Shown here: positions 49,100-62,059 of the stretch, piece after piece
How positions within the stretch are numbered: position 1 is the stretch's first letter
Layout: each line of letters opens with the position of its first letter
Origin: Chiloscyllium plagiosum
Taxonomy: Eukaryota
DNA: 64,000 nt
Assembly (NCBI RefSeq): GCF_004010195.1
Contig: NC_057719.1
Span: 4,265,865-4,329,864 of the forward strand
Reading direction: 5' to 3'
Notes under the pieces: model-generated
Database searches by the model: none
Seen by the model: only the letters and a program-made list of their open reading frames with translations
What the model was told of the DNA's origin: nothing
Translations under genes and position numbers: made by a program

Positions 49100-50465
49100 A
49101 TATGCAGAAACAGAAGTCTGGCCATTTGATCCATTGTATCTGCTCTGCCATTCATTGAGGTCCTGGCTGATCTGGTCTGACCTGATACTCCTCAGCCCCA
49201 CATTCCTGACATTTCCTAACAACCCTTGATTTTCTTGGAGTCTCTTACTGATTACAAATCTGTCTCTCTCACTCTTGAAAATACTTAATGATACAATCTC
49301 AACAGGCCTTTGCAGTAAAGAATTCCACACCTCCTCACCTCTGTCTTAAGTGGGTGGCTTCTGACACTGAGATGATGTCCTCTCGTCCTAAACTCTCCCA
49401 GGAGGGAAAACAACCCCTCTGCATCTAAATAAAAACTGAAAGTACTGTGGATGTTGTAAATCAGAGGCAGGTTCTTTACTCAGAGAGTGGTATGTGTATG
49501 GAATGCCCTACCTGCCAATGTAGTTAACTCAGCCACATTAGAGAGATTTAAACAATCTTTGGATAAGCACATGGGTGATAATGGAATAGTGTAGGGGGAA
49601 CGAGCTGAGAATAGTTCACAGGTCGGCGCAACATTGAGGGCCGAAGGGCCTGTTCTGCGTTGTATTGTTCTATGTTCTAAAAACAGAAATTGCTGGAAAA
49701 GCTCAGCAGGCCTGGCAGCATCTATGGAGATGTCTCGGGTCCAGTGACTCAGAACCGTTCTGAGGAATGGTCACCGGACCCGAAACCCCAGCTCTGATTT
49801 CTCACCAAAGATACTGCCAGAACTGCTGAGCTTTTGCACCAACTTCTGGTTTTGTCCCTTTGCATCTATCCTGAGATATCCCTGAAGAATCTTATTTGAT
49901 TCAATAAGGTAATCTCTGAACTCTAATGAGTACAGGGCAATCTATTCAAGCTCTCCTCTATACCCAGGATCAATGTAGTTAATCTTCTCTGGACTGCCTC
50001 CAATGTTGTAAAATCTTTCCTTAGATAATGGGACCAAAGCTATTCATGGTATTTCAGCCATGCTCTGACATCTGCCTTATACAGTTTGAGCAAGACCTCC
50101 CTATTTTTATACTCAATTCCATTTGAAACTAAGGCTAACATTCCATTTGCCTTCCCTATTACCCACTGATCTTGGATGCTAGTTTTTTTTGTGATTCATG
50201 TACTCAGATCTCCAAATCCCTCTGCACTGCTGTTTTATTTAAATAATAATCTATTCTAACTTTGATTCTTCCAGCCAAAGTGGAGAAACTCACATTTTCC
50301 CACAATATATTCCATCTTCCAAACTTTTGCCAATTCACATAACCTGTCAACATCTCTCTGTAGACTCTTTATGTCACCCTTTTTGCCTTCCCACCTATTT
50401 TGTGCCATCCATAAACTTAGCGATAATAATGCACTTTCCTCATCTAAATCATTAAAATTCATTGT
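49100..50465 (-). mobile_element. Old CR1 RT/3' fragment with nested fold-back Penelope insert (49428-49855), which itself holds a CR1 tail (49465-49679)
   Basis: ORFs 49049 and 50256; TSD CCCTCTGCATCTA 49415-49427 / CCCTTTGCATCTA 49856-49868. Confidence 0.8.
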
Positions 50466-51669
50466 TCCTTGCATGGCCTTATCTTCTATATCTTCCACTT
50501 GAAAGTAGGCCCTTACCACTCCACATAAGCATGACTGACCCTCCCTGCCCCTGCATTGTCTCCATCAACCCTCATCATCTCATTCCCAACCCAGAACCAC
50601 TGCAATTATTGACAAGATGGCAGCGAGCTCCTAGACAAAAGACCTGCTGTTGACATAAAGCAGCTTCCCTCTAATCAGTTCATTGTGCAATTAATTATCA
50701 GGGCTGCTTTAGGATTACTCACCTCAAATGGTTATTTCCCAGTACAATGGACGAGCAGGAAGTGAATGCTGCAGTATGGGCCATCTTCCATCAAATCCCT
50801 ACCCAGGTGGTCTCCACAGCCTTAAATCTATTAAAAGACCCAAAGGAAAAGAAATAAACTTCTCAGTACCTTTAGTGTGAAAGAAAGCTCATTACGGGTT
50901 AAGTAATGAATTAGCAGCTCATCAATATGTAGAACTAGGTGGAAGAGATTACTCGCTTTCTCAAGCTTCTCCTAATCTCTCGTGGTGTTGTAGCCCATGC
51001 TGGGCACTTCAAGACATAAACAAAGTAAGATAACATATAGACAGACAATGCGAACGCTAAATGCTGAAGGAGATGTTTAGCTAGATGATAATTAAAGCAA
51101 AATGCTGTCAACGCTGGAGATCTGAAATTTAACAAAAAATCAGAAAATGATGGAGAAATAGGTCCGGGAAACATCTGTAAAGAGAGAAAAATAGAGTTAA
51201 TGTTTCAAGTCCAGTGACCTTTCTTCAGTACATCAATTTAGATTATTTAATTAAATGGTCTAATTAGATGATAATTGGCTGGAGGGATTTATACATAGAT
51301 TGAATAGAAAAGTGTGATCACATAGATCAGGAGATAAATAGAAGATACATTGAAAAATATAATGCTATTATTTAATATATACTCTAATGCTATTTTATAC
51401 ATAGTCTATGACATATCTGTTTACGTCATATTAAAAATATTATTTTGCAAGCATTCTCCATGCAGAAAAGGCTGTTTTCCTGCTTTTGCCTCCCTTCTGT
51501 GCCAACATCTTTAATTATTTGTTTCTGTATAATTCATATTTACCATTACAACTCCTAATATAAAAGTGCTATCCTGTTATTGCGTACTCCCACCAGTAGA
51601 GATGGAGTTAGCTTTCTAACTCCATATTATGCCCTGTAGAGAATTTGTCAAGCTAAGAACGTAGGGACA

Positions 51670-51885
51670 GAACAAAAACAGAAATCGCTGGAGGAACTCT
51701 GGCAGCATCTGTGGAGAGAGAAACAGTTAACATTTCAAGTCTAGTGGCCCTTCTTCAGATCTTTGATGCAGTAACTCAAAACGATAACTCTGTTTCCTCT
51801 CCACAGGTGCTGCCAGACTTGCTGAGTTTCTCCAGCAATTTCTGTTTTCGTTTCCAATCTCCAGCATCTGTAGTTCTTTGTTTTA
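51670..51885. mobile_element. Penelope-like fold-back element
   Basis: Inverted arms AAAACAGAAATCGCTGGAG / CTCCAGCAATTTCTGTTTT. Confidence 0.7.
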
Positions 51886-51899
51886 ACACAGTAATAGGA

Positions 51900-52705
51900 C
51901 GACATAGAGTCATGCAGCATGGAAGCAGACCCTTCGGTCCAACCAGTCCATACTGACCATAATCCCAAACTAAGCTAGTCCCATCTACCTGCTCCTGGCC
52001 CATATCCCTCCAAACCTTTCCTATTTATGGACTTATCTAAATGTCTTTCAAATGTTATAAATGTGTCCGCATCCACCACTTCCTCAGGAAGTTCATTCCA
52101 CATGCAAACCACCCTCTCTGTAAAAGATCTGCCCCATATGTCTTTTTTAAGTCTCTCTCCTTTTACCTTAAAGATATACCTCCTAGTCTTGAAATCCCCA
52201 TTCTAGGGAAAAGGCACCTGTCATTAACCATATCGAATAGAATCCCTACAACGTTTAAGCAGGCCATTCGTCCCTCCAAAGAACATCCCACCCAGACTCA
52301 CCTTATCCCAGTAACCCTGCATTTCCCATAGCTAATCCACCTAGCCTATACATCCCTGGACAATGGCAATTTAGCATGGCCAATCCACCTGACCTGCACA
52401 TCTTTGGACTGTGGGAGGAAACCCATGCAAACACTGGGAGAATGCGCAAACTCCACAAAGGCAGTTGCCGAGGCTGGAATTGAACCCTGGTCCCTGGCAC
52501 TGTGAGGCAGCAGTGCTAACTACTGAGCCTATCTATACCCCTCATGCTTTTACTAACCTTTTATAAGGTCACCTCTCAACTTCCTAGGCTCCAGTGAAAA
52601 AAGTCCCAGCCCATCCAGCCTTTCTTTATAACTCAAACCTTCCATACCCAGCAACATCCCGGTAAATCTCTTCTGATCCCTCTCTAGCTTAACAATATCC
52701 TTCCT
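51900..52705 (-). mobile_element. CR1 3' fragment interrupted by HE1 SINE (52235-52528)
   Basis: ORF 52553 GLFSLEPRKLRGDLI; V-domain SINE inside. Confidence 0.88.
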
Positions 52706-53767
52706 ATTCACCACACTTCTGAGCCCACTCTGCCATTTAGATATGTCACAGTTGATGTGTACCCAATTCTTCACATATCTTTATCCCATATCCCTGGATT
52801 GTCTTACCAAACATTAAGCTTTCAACATCAGTCTTGAAGGCACCAACTGTCCCAACACCCACAACATTCTCAGATCTAAAGCAAATTGGATTCCACCAAT
52901 TATGGAGATATCAGAAGGGATCCAACTAATTGGATAAAGAAATAGAAAGGCAGTTTTTAAGCAGAATTGGGAAGTGGAGATGGATGTGTCTGTCATGCAC
53001 AAAGGCCTAGACAGTAACAAGGTGCGAATGGAATGGGTATGGATTTTAAACCTGGAAGAGGTTCAGGGATGGGGAAGAAAGGAAATGCAAGTTTGAGGGA
53101 CTGAGGAGCTCAGCTCCAAAGTAGGTGAGGGATGACAGGAATGGTTGGGAGTTAGTTTTCAGATGTCCTGACATAGTGAGTGGTAAATATGACGGGTCCA
53201 GAGACCATTGGAAGCATTAAATCCAAGAAGTGTTAACAACACTGATGACGATTTTAGCAGTAGGTGGACTGAGGTTGATTTGAAGATGCATAACATTAAG
53301 GAGAGGGAATCGGAATGTCTTTGTCATGGGAAGGAGGGGTGATGTGCAGAGGCTCTGTTTGGGGTCATGTTGAGCACGGTCTGGTCCAGTAGCCAGTATG
53401 AAGCCTGAGGCAGCTTGCGATGTATGTGGGGAGGAAGCAAAAATGATTCATTTACATCTTCCCAAAATCTAAAGGGAAGGGTGGCTCAGCTGGTGCTGCA
53501 GGGTTGAATAATATTTCCTGAGGATTTGCTCGAGGTGATTCACTTTATCATAAGAAGTCTGAGGAAGTACTGGGTGGACAATGTCAAATGTAACTTGTCA
53601 CAGAAATGGCTACTGCTGAATGAAGTGACCCAGTTTATTTAGAACCGGCAACAGTGGAATGAATTTATTTACTCCCATCACTTTTGTTAACCCCTCTGAC
53701 CAGATTTAGAGTTAAGAATAATTAGATATATGATTGCTCTGCCTGTTCCTCGCAAGTGTCCATTTTT

Positions 53768-54210
53768 TATACATTCATGGGATATGGGCGTCACTGCCTG
53801 GGTCAGCATTTATTGCCCATCCTTGGTTGCCCTTGAGAAGGTGGTGGTGAGCTGCCTTCTTGAACCGCTGCATTTTTTGGGATGTGGGTAGATTCACATG
53901 TGGGAAGGGAATTCCAGGATTTTGACCCAGTGACGCAGATGGAATGCTGAATTATTTCCAAGTCAGGCTGGTGAGTGTCTTGGAGGGGAACTTGCTGCAT
54001 ACATCTGCTGCCCTTTCCCTTCTAGGTGGAAGTGGCCATGGGTTTGGATAATGCTGTCGAAGGAACCTCGGTGAGTTTCAGTGGTGAATAGTACACACTG
54101 CTGCTACTGAGCGTCAGTGGTGGAGGGAGCCGATGTTGAAGATATAAAATAGAGTGCCAAATAAGAGGGCTGCTTTGTCCTAGATGGTGTCAAGCTTCCT
54201 GAATATTGGA
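53768..54210 (-). mobile_element. LINE B 3' fragment
   Basis: CAGCATTTATTGCCCATCC tail; matches 39180-39630. Confidence 0.85.
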
Positions 54211-54594
54211 GCTGGAGATTATTACATCCATTCCAGAGATCATCATGCCATGAACTTGGATAATGATGCCACAATTATTTGACTGCCCTGTGTTGGCATT
54301 CAATACAGCAAAATTGACCATAAATTATTTATCACACAGCTAGGAATAGTGACTACATTTAAAAAGTACTTAATTGACTGTTAGGTGCTTTTGGACATGC
54401 TGTGATTGTGAAACCTTGTAGTGTATTCTTTCTTCTCACCCCTCACTTCCTGTGTATTGAGTTGCTTCATGCTGTTCCCCTGGAGAACAGTGTAATGTTG
54501 TGGAAAGTTATTAACTTCCACTACTGTAGCCACCTTTGTAGCAATAGCCTGGTCTGAATGGAGGGACAGTGTGTTCAGCTGCTATAATCCATCT

Positions 54595-54724
54595 GGAGAA
54601 AGTGAGGACTGCAGATGCTGGAGATCAGAGTCGAGAATGTGGTGCTGGAAAAGCACAGCAGGTCAGGCAGCATCTAAGGAGCAGGAAAGTTGATGTTTCG
54701 AGAATAACCCCTTAATCAGGAATT
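54595..54724 (-). mobile_element. Penelope-like short insertion
   Basis: TSD TAATCCATCTG / TAATCCATTTG at 54585 and 54725; degenerate hammerhead. Confidence 0.75.
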
Positions 54725-54879
54725 TAATCCATTTGATGAAGGGCAGGATGAAGGGTGCATTGACCTACATGCTTCTAGTAGAAACATTTTCTCCAGTGGA
54801 TGACAGCATTGACTGGGGGCATCGCAAGGTTTGGAAAGAAAGGAGAAGTGTGGAAGCTGCAAAAACTGGCCTGTCCCAG

Positions 54880-55540
54880 AATCACAGATGTCTACCACAA
54901 AGAAACAGGCCTTTTGGCCCATCAAGTCTACACCTATTTAAAACAACCATTTGGCTATTCAAATCCCATTTTCCAGCACTTGCCCCATAGCTTTGTATAT
55001 CTTGCTCTGACAGCTGTACATCTTAAATACTTCTTCCATTTTATTAGCATTTCTACCTCCACAACTCTCATAGGCAGTGAGTTCCAGATTTCCCCCACCC
55101 ATTCACACCCTCCAAAACAACCCCAGTCTGTCCACTTTCTCTTCATAACTGAAACTCTCCAGCCAGGCAACATCCTGGTCAATCTCCTCCGCACCCTCTC
55201 CAGTGCTATCACATCCCTTCTACAAGGTGGATTCCAGAACTGCACACAATACTCTAGCTGTGGGCTAACCAAAGTCTTACACAGTTCCAGCACAACCGCA
55301 CCTCCCCCAAACCTCCACCCCCCCCAACTCGTAAACCCTATGCCTCGGCTAATAAAGGGAAGTATCTCATATACCTCCTTCACCACTTTATCTACCGGTG
55401 CTGATACCTCAAAGGACATGCACACCAAGGTCCCTGTGATCGTCGGTGCTTCCTAGGGTCCTACTCTTCATCATGCATTTCCTTGGCTTGTTTGTCCTGC
55501 CCAGTGCTTCACTTCACAGTTATCTAGACTGGATTCCACT
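54880..55540 (-). mobile_element. CR1 3' fragment (internally deleted)
   Basis: ORF 54955 LEYCVQFWNP...ALERVRRRLTRMLPG. Confidence 0.85.
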
Positions 55541-56954
55541 AACCTCCCCCCAACGCCAGTTTTCGCACTGGGTGGTAGTAAAAAGATGCAGAGAACTGGA
55601 GTCTCTATTACCGTGAAATAGAATTGAGTGAAATGCTGAGAAATCTCCTTTCAGCTTGTTAGTGAAACAAAGAAAAGTCAGCATCAGTGGAACAGCCTGA
55701 ATGGACGAGTGGCTTTTGGAGCAGTTTGTTTCTGTTCGCCTGTCGGTGAGAAGCAGAATTTCTTCTAATCAGTCGTTGAACTCAGACCCTAGCGATAGAA
55801 GGACATTGTATTAACCGGCCATACCACACAATTCCTTGGAAAAATACCTCTAATTAGTCATATTTTTGTTCTCAAATATTAAGGAAGGCAATTATCCAAT
55901 TTTTCTGAGATGAGTTGTAATAGCAGAGAGGAAACTCAACAAAGACCTCTGTAAAATAGAGGTTAACAAAATAAATGAAGCTTTCAGACTATATTGTGGG
56001 GTTTTTTTGAGTCGCTGAAATAGTCAGGCCAGGAAAGTCTCAGGTTTAATCCCCTGATTTGGCTGATCCCTGCCTGGTTTCTATTGATCTCCTTTCCCTG
56101 GGTTGTATACTAGCTGGATTCCCAGCAGTGGACAGGGTCAGTCTCACCTACAATATCCACTGACTGACTGTCTGTGAGAACAATGAAAGGATGGCCCTAC
56201 CTGAGGTACTCAAGACCATTGGCTTCCCTTTGAAAGACTGGGAAAAGGGAGGGGAACGAGAAATGTAGGTGGCAAAATGTAAAGAAAACTATTGTAACTT
56301 TGAGAAATCTGCTTTTTACGGACATAAGAAACCAGAGTAGGCCATTCAGTCCATTGAACCTGTTCCTCCATTTGATAAGATCTGACCGTGGCATTCCCTT
56401 TAAGCCCTCTCCCCCCACTTCCAACCGTAAATCTTTAATTATTCATTTATGGCCTCACCTCCTGAGACAGCAATGGGGAAGACTTGCCCTGGGGAAGCAG
56501 GTGGTGAGCTGTCTTCTTGAACGTTTACAGTCCTTTGGGTGTAGGGACAGCTCAGTGGGTTGACTGGCTGTACTTCTGCTCCTATGGCAAATGTTGTTAC
56601 ACCTACAATGCTGTTGGGGAGATTCAGGATTTTGACCCAATACATTCATTGGCGGTCCCTCATAAACGCTGATGACTCGCTTCCAATCTCAGGGTGCGTC
56701 TGTAGGTGGCTGCAGAGCCCAAATGGGCTACTGCAGCTCTGTTAGCTTGGGGGCAGGTGGTGATCACAGGAAGGGGGTGGGTAGGGGTGTTGGTATGGGC
56801 AGCATGCTCCTTTCGCTGTTACCGCCCCCTCCCCCCCCCCACCCCCCCCCCCCCACCCCGGGATTCTGCTTTTTTCACAACGATAAGTCTCGAGGTACTC
56901 GACACCTTCCTGGATGCTCCACCTCTACTTTGGACATTCTTGGGCCAGTGATTC

Positions 56955-57686
56955 ATCCCTCAAGTCCACACCGACCCTCCAAAGAGTATCCCACCGAAAC
57001 CCATTCCCCATTACTCTACATTTGCCCCTGACTAATGCACCTAATTTACACATCCCTGAACACTACGGGCAATTTAGCATGGCCAATTCACCTAACTTGC
57101 ACATCTTTGGATTGTGGGAGGAAACCGGAGCACCCGGAGGAAATCCACGCAGACACTGGGAGAATGTGCAAACTTTCCACAGGCAGTCGCCCGAGCCTGG
57201 AATCGAACCCGGTCCAGGTATGAGGCAGCAGTGCTAACCACTGAGCCACCATGCTGACGAAGGGGCAGCACTCCAAAGGTTTGTGATTTGAAGTAAACCT
57301 TGTTGGACTATAACCTGATGTCATGTGACTTTTGACCTTAATATAATCCCAAAAGTGTGGAAGCAAGCCATTCGGCCCATCCAGTCCACACCAACTTTCT
57401 GGAAAACATCCCACCCAGACTCACCCCCTATCCTATTCTTGTCACCCTGAATTCCCATGGTAAATCCACCTAACCTACACATACCTGGACACTATGGGCA
57501 CTTTAACATGGCCAATCCACCCTAATCAGCAGAGTTTTGGTCTTTGGGAGGAAACCAGAGCATCCAGAGAAAACCCACACAGAGACAGCGAAAATGTTCA
57601 AACTCCACATAGATAGCTGCCAAAGAGTGGAATTGAACCCAAGTCCCTGGCGCTGTGAGGCAGCAGTGCTAACCACTGAGCCACCA
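56955..57686 (-). mobile_element. Two HE1 SINEs (56955-57250, 57345-57686) separated by a Penelope-type fragment
   Basis: Two tRNA heads (GCAGTGCTAACCACTGAGCCACC) and V-domains; CTGACGAAGGGGCAGCACTCCAAAG at 57254. Confidence 0.85.
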
Positions 57687-58811
57687 TGAAGTCACATGCA
57701 AAATGCTCAGTGTTGCAGGAATGTAACACTGAAGGAGCATCTGAAATATTTCCAAGTCGGGATGGCGCGTGTCATAGAGGGGAACGTGTGGGTGGTGGTG
57801 GTTCCTGTGTATCTCCTGCTCCTGGGAGATATTATGTATCAGGCAACCTCACTGTCTGGCATCCTGTAGACAAACTGCGCTGATCCAGGAAAGACAGTGC
57901 ATGATGCAGTTGTCTCTGAGCAGTCCGAGCAAGATCAGTTTTAAAAGGGAGTGTTTAAAAGTGTGTTATCCAGCAGTGTAACCCAGTCCCAAATAGAAAT
58001 GAAACAAAAAATCTGAGGATGCTGGAAATATGAAACAAGAAGAGAAATTTTGGAGAAACTCCTCAGGCAGGATCTGCGGAGGGAGAGGAGAGTTAATATT
58101 TTGAGTCCCGTTGCTGCCCGACCTGCTGAGCTTCTCCAGCAAATAAAATCATTGCAAATGTAGACTTTACCACAGGCAAGTAAGGAAACTATGTTTCTTG
58201 AATTTGTCAGCGCTGAGGGAATGAACGGGGGGAAGGGAGGGGTTAAGAGTTAATTCCCTTCCCAGTGAAGCTGGCATGGAGCTCCGTGAGATGGAGCTTG
58301 ACAGAAAGAATTAAATATGAATCTATATGGCATGATTCACGCAGCTCAGATTAACTGAGATTTATGTGGGAACTGTTCCGATAAACCAGATCCAAATGTT
58401 GAGTTCCTAATGAGTGTCTGTGTCTAAACCAGAGCTTGATAGATGAGGGCTAGAACTATTTAACACACATCTGTCAGTCAAAGGCTTAGCCAATTAGTGT
58501 AAATTAAGGCAAGGAATACTTTCGCAGAGGTCAAAGTGTAAGGACTGGACAGGAAAAGGAAATTTTGTTTGATATTGTGACCTCAAACATTGCCCGGGGA
58601 TAAGGTTGCACCCTGTAGCTGGTATATTGAAGGAAGATCCATCCCCACTCTCACCCACACTCTCACCTACACTTACACTGGATCCCCAACACATAAGCTC
58701 ATTGGATCCATCTGCTCACAACAATAACTATCACGTGCGTTTCTAAAGCACCTTTAAGGGAGCAAAGTGTTTCCTGGTCCCTCACAGGCACATTACCAAT
58801 TAAAATTTGAG

Positions 58812-59470
58812 ATAAAACAAAAACAGAAATTGCTGGAAAATCTCAGCAGGTCTGGCAGCATCTGTAGAGAGAAATCAGAGTTAATGTATAGGGTCCAATG
58901 ACCCTTCTTCAGAACTGATGGTAGCTAGGGAAAAGGTTGGTTTTATACAAAAGATGAGGTATGGGTTGGGGGAAGAGTAATGATAGATGGAGATAGAGCC
59001 AAAAGAGAGAGAGAAATAGTTGGACAGACAAAGGGGTAGAGGTCTGTCTGGGGGGAATGAATAGCTGCTAATGGGGACTATCAGAGACTAACAGTAGGTA
59101 GTGTGTAGTAGCAGCCTGTGTGATACCGAGGTCTGGTGTGTGATACCGAGGTCTGGTGTGTGATTGGGGTAAGTAGTGGGGAAAGGTGCTCAAGCCCTTA
59201 AATTGTTCAACTGGATATTGAGTCCAGAAGGCTTCAGGATTCCCAAGTGGAAAACGAGGGGCTGTTCTTCCAGCTTGCACTGAGCTTCACTGGAGGAGAA
59301 AGTGAGGTCTGAAGAAGGGCCTGTGCCCGAAACGTCGAATCTCCTGTTCCCTGGATGCTGCCTGACCTGCTGTGCTGTTCCAGCAATAAAGTTTCAACTC
59401 TGAGCTTCACTGGAGCACTGTAGCCAGCCTGAATCAGAGAACAGGGTAGGGTGTTGAAGGTAGCTAGCCT
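58812..59470 (-). mobile_element. Penelope-like element 3' end with GIY-YIG C-terminus
   Basis: rc reads ...LQCSSEAQCKLEEQPLVFHLGILKPSGLNIQLNNLRA once 59296-59399 is removed; rc core CTGAAGAAGGGTCATTGGACCC near 58890-58912. Confidence 0.8.
59296..59399 (+). mobile_element. 104-bp Penelope-like insert inside a Penelope ORF, 16-bp TSD
   Basis: TSD CTGAGCTTCACTGGAG at 59280-59295 and 59400-59415; hammerhead core 59309-59336. Confidence 0.9.
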
Positions 59471-59529
59471 AAGATTTCCAACATCCACTGTTCTTTCAGC
59501 TTTATTAACATTTGAGACATTAGGGCAGG

Positions 59530-59890
59530 TAACTACAAGCTTGGTTAAAAAGGTAGGCCTTCTGGTTGTCTGAAAGGAGGAAAGAGGGAACGAGAGGTCA
59601 GGCGAAGGGGCCCGGACAGCTGAAGACATGGCCACCAATGGCTGGGAGTCAAAAATGGGGATCAACAAGAGGCTGGAACTGGAGGGTTGTGGGATTGCAG
59701 CAGGCTATGGAGTTCAGAAGGAGCAATTTTCTGTGGATGAATTTTGTAAAGTACAATGAGAATTTGAAATCGAGGTGTTGTTTTACTGGGAGCCAATGCA
59801 GATCATCAAGTAAAGGGATGATGGGTGAATGGGACTCTGGACATATTCAGGGATGGACTGGAGAGGTCAGGATAAGGTTAAGTCAATGGA
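59530..59890 (-). mobile_element. L2-like LINE 3' fragment
   Basis: Homologous to 26108-26400 (CAGCTGAAG...GAGAATTTGAAA). Confidence 0.6.
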
Positions 59891-60019
59891 AGGAGGAAAG
59901 TCGAAAAGTGACCAGGTGTGGTGAGATAACTCTCCACTACCTCACCTATTCATCTCCTTACCTGGCTCCCTGTTGGTGCTCCACACTGACTTGAGCTTTG
60001 ACCTTCGACCTTAGGAAGG

Positions 60020-60420
60020 GAAGATGAACTTGCATCTTTATAGCTGCAGAACATCTGGAAGGATCTTATGGCTAATGAAGTGTAGTGACTGTTGTGATGT
60101 AGGAAATGCAGCAGCTAATTTGCAAACAGCAAAGTTCTAAAGGCATTATTGTAATAGCGGCCAGGCAGCTTGTTTTAAGGTGCAGGTTGAGGGATACAGG
60201 AGAGAATCTATTTCTGAACAGTGATCACTGGACGTGCATCTCCAGCAAAGGCCGAACCCAAGCTTACCATCCCGTGGGGCTGATGGTGCCTTTTACAGTG
60301 CAACGACTCCCCAGAACTGCACTGGGAGCAGATTACAGACCCAAGTCCCTGGAGTAGAATTCAGAACCTGCAACCACCTTATTCTCTGGGGTGAGGGTGC
60401 AACTCACTGAGTCACAACTG
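60020..60420 (-). mobile_element. Deu-domain SINE (diverged)
   Basis: AACTTGCAT tail end, ACAGTGCAACGACTCCC Deu core, tRNA-like head near 60340-60415. Confidence 0.6.
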
Positions 60421-60777
60421 ATGCAGCTGAGAAAGGCCTGTCTGAATCATCTGGCCTGCAGTTCACTCATATGGCCCTTTTGGGCTGTAAAACTGATTTA
60501 GCACCTCGCAGTGTGTCACCCAATACTGTGTTAGATATTTCCTGCACTGTTCTGCTGTATGTAACTGCTGAGGTTCTTAACTGTGTGGGAATGCTGATAC
60601 AGATGACAGTTAATGATTTAATGTATCAAGTGAAGTCCAGGCAATAACATCCCACAGGATGAAGGTTTTGTATAAAAATACCTAGCAAGTTAGTCTTCAG
60701 CAGCTCGAAGGGTGAATGCACTGTGATATGAAGGGATGAAGCAGGTACAGTTCTGGTATGATTGAGCACATGTTACA

Positions 60778-61378
60778 GATAGAGTACAGGAGTTGGGAGG
60801 TCATGTTGTGACTGTACAGGACATTGGTTAGGCAATTTGCGTGCAATTGCGTGCAATTCTGGTCTCTCTCCTATCGGAAGGACGTTGTGAGACCTGAAGA
60901 AGGTTCAGAAAAGATTTGCAAGGATGTTGTCAGGGTTGGAGGGTTTGAGCTTTCAGGAGAGGCTGTACAGGCTGGGTCTGTTTTCCCAGGAGCATTGGAG
61001 GCTGAGGGGTGACCTTGTAGAGGTTTATAAAATCATGAGGAGCATGGATACAGTGAATAGACAAGGTCTTTTCCCTGAGTTAGGGAGTCAAGAACTAAAG
61101 GGCATACATTTAAGGTGAGAGGGAAAAGAGTTATAAGGACCTCAGGGGTAACATTTGCACACAGAGGGTGGTGCGTGTATGGAATGGGCTGCCAGTGGAA
61201 GTGGTGCAGGCTGATACAATTATAGCATTTAAAAAGCACCTAGATGGGTACTTGAGTAGGAAGGGTTTAGAAGGATATAGACCAAATGCTGGCAGATGGG
61301 ACTAGATTTATTTAGGATATCTGGTTGGACTGAAGGGTCTGTTTCCATGCTATGCATCTCTATGACTCTATGACTCCA
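60778..61378 (+). mobile_element. CR1 3' fragment
   Basis: CVQFWS, RLRGDLVEVYKIMR; CTATGACT tail. Confidence 0.9.
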
Positions 61379-62059
61379 TATAGCCTAAATGTCAGAATGA
61401 GCACCAATTAAATACGCTCATCAGGAATAGTACATAAAATACAGCGCAGGTCAGAGAGAGCATGTGTTAGATACAGTACATGTCACACACATACCAAATA
61501 CACCACATATCAAGCACATGTATGAAACAGAACACAAAGGTGCAGCGTGTGTTTGATACAGCACGTCACATACACAATGTGTCAAATACATTGCAAAAGA
61601 TACAGCCCAGTCAGACAAGATATACATTAGAACAAGATCCATCAGATACAGAATAAAATATACAGCCTGGGCCAATTGTAGCACATGTCAAATACAGCAT
61701 CTATCAATCACAATGCAAAAGATACAGTCCAGGCCAGATGCAGGGCATTAACAGAGTGCTGGAGAAACACAACAGGTCTGGTAACATCTGTGGAGAGAAA
61801 GCGTTCAGTTCTTTCTCCAGATGCTGTCAGACATAGTCACAGATTCATATTGCGTGGAAACAGACCCTTCAGTCCAACTTGTGCTTCTGCGTTTTTCCAG
61901 CAATTTCTGGTTTTGTCTCAGATTTCCAACATTCACTGTTCTTTGTGTTTATTTCATTTCCAGGACATGTCAGATAATTATGGACCAGTCCAGATTCAGG
62001 AAATGTCAGATACAGAAACTGTCTGATACAGGACATGTCAGATACCGGACATGTCAGAT

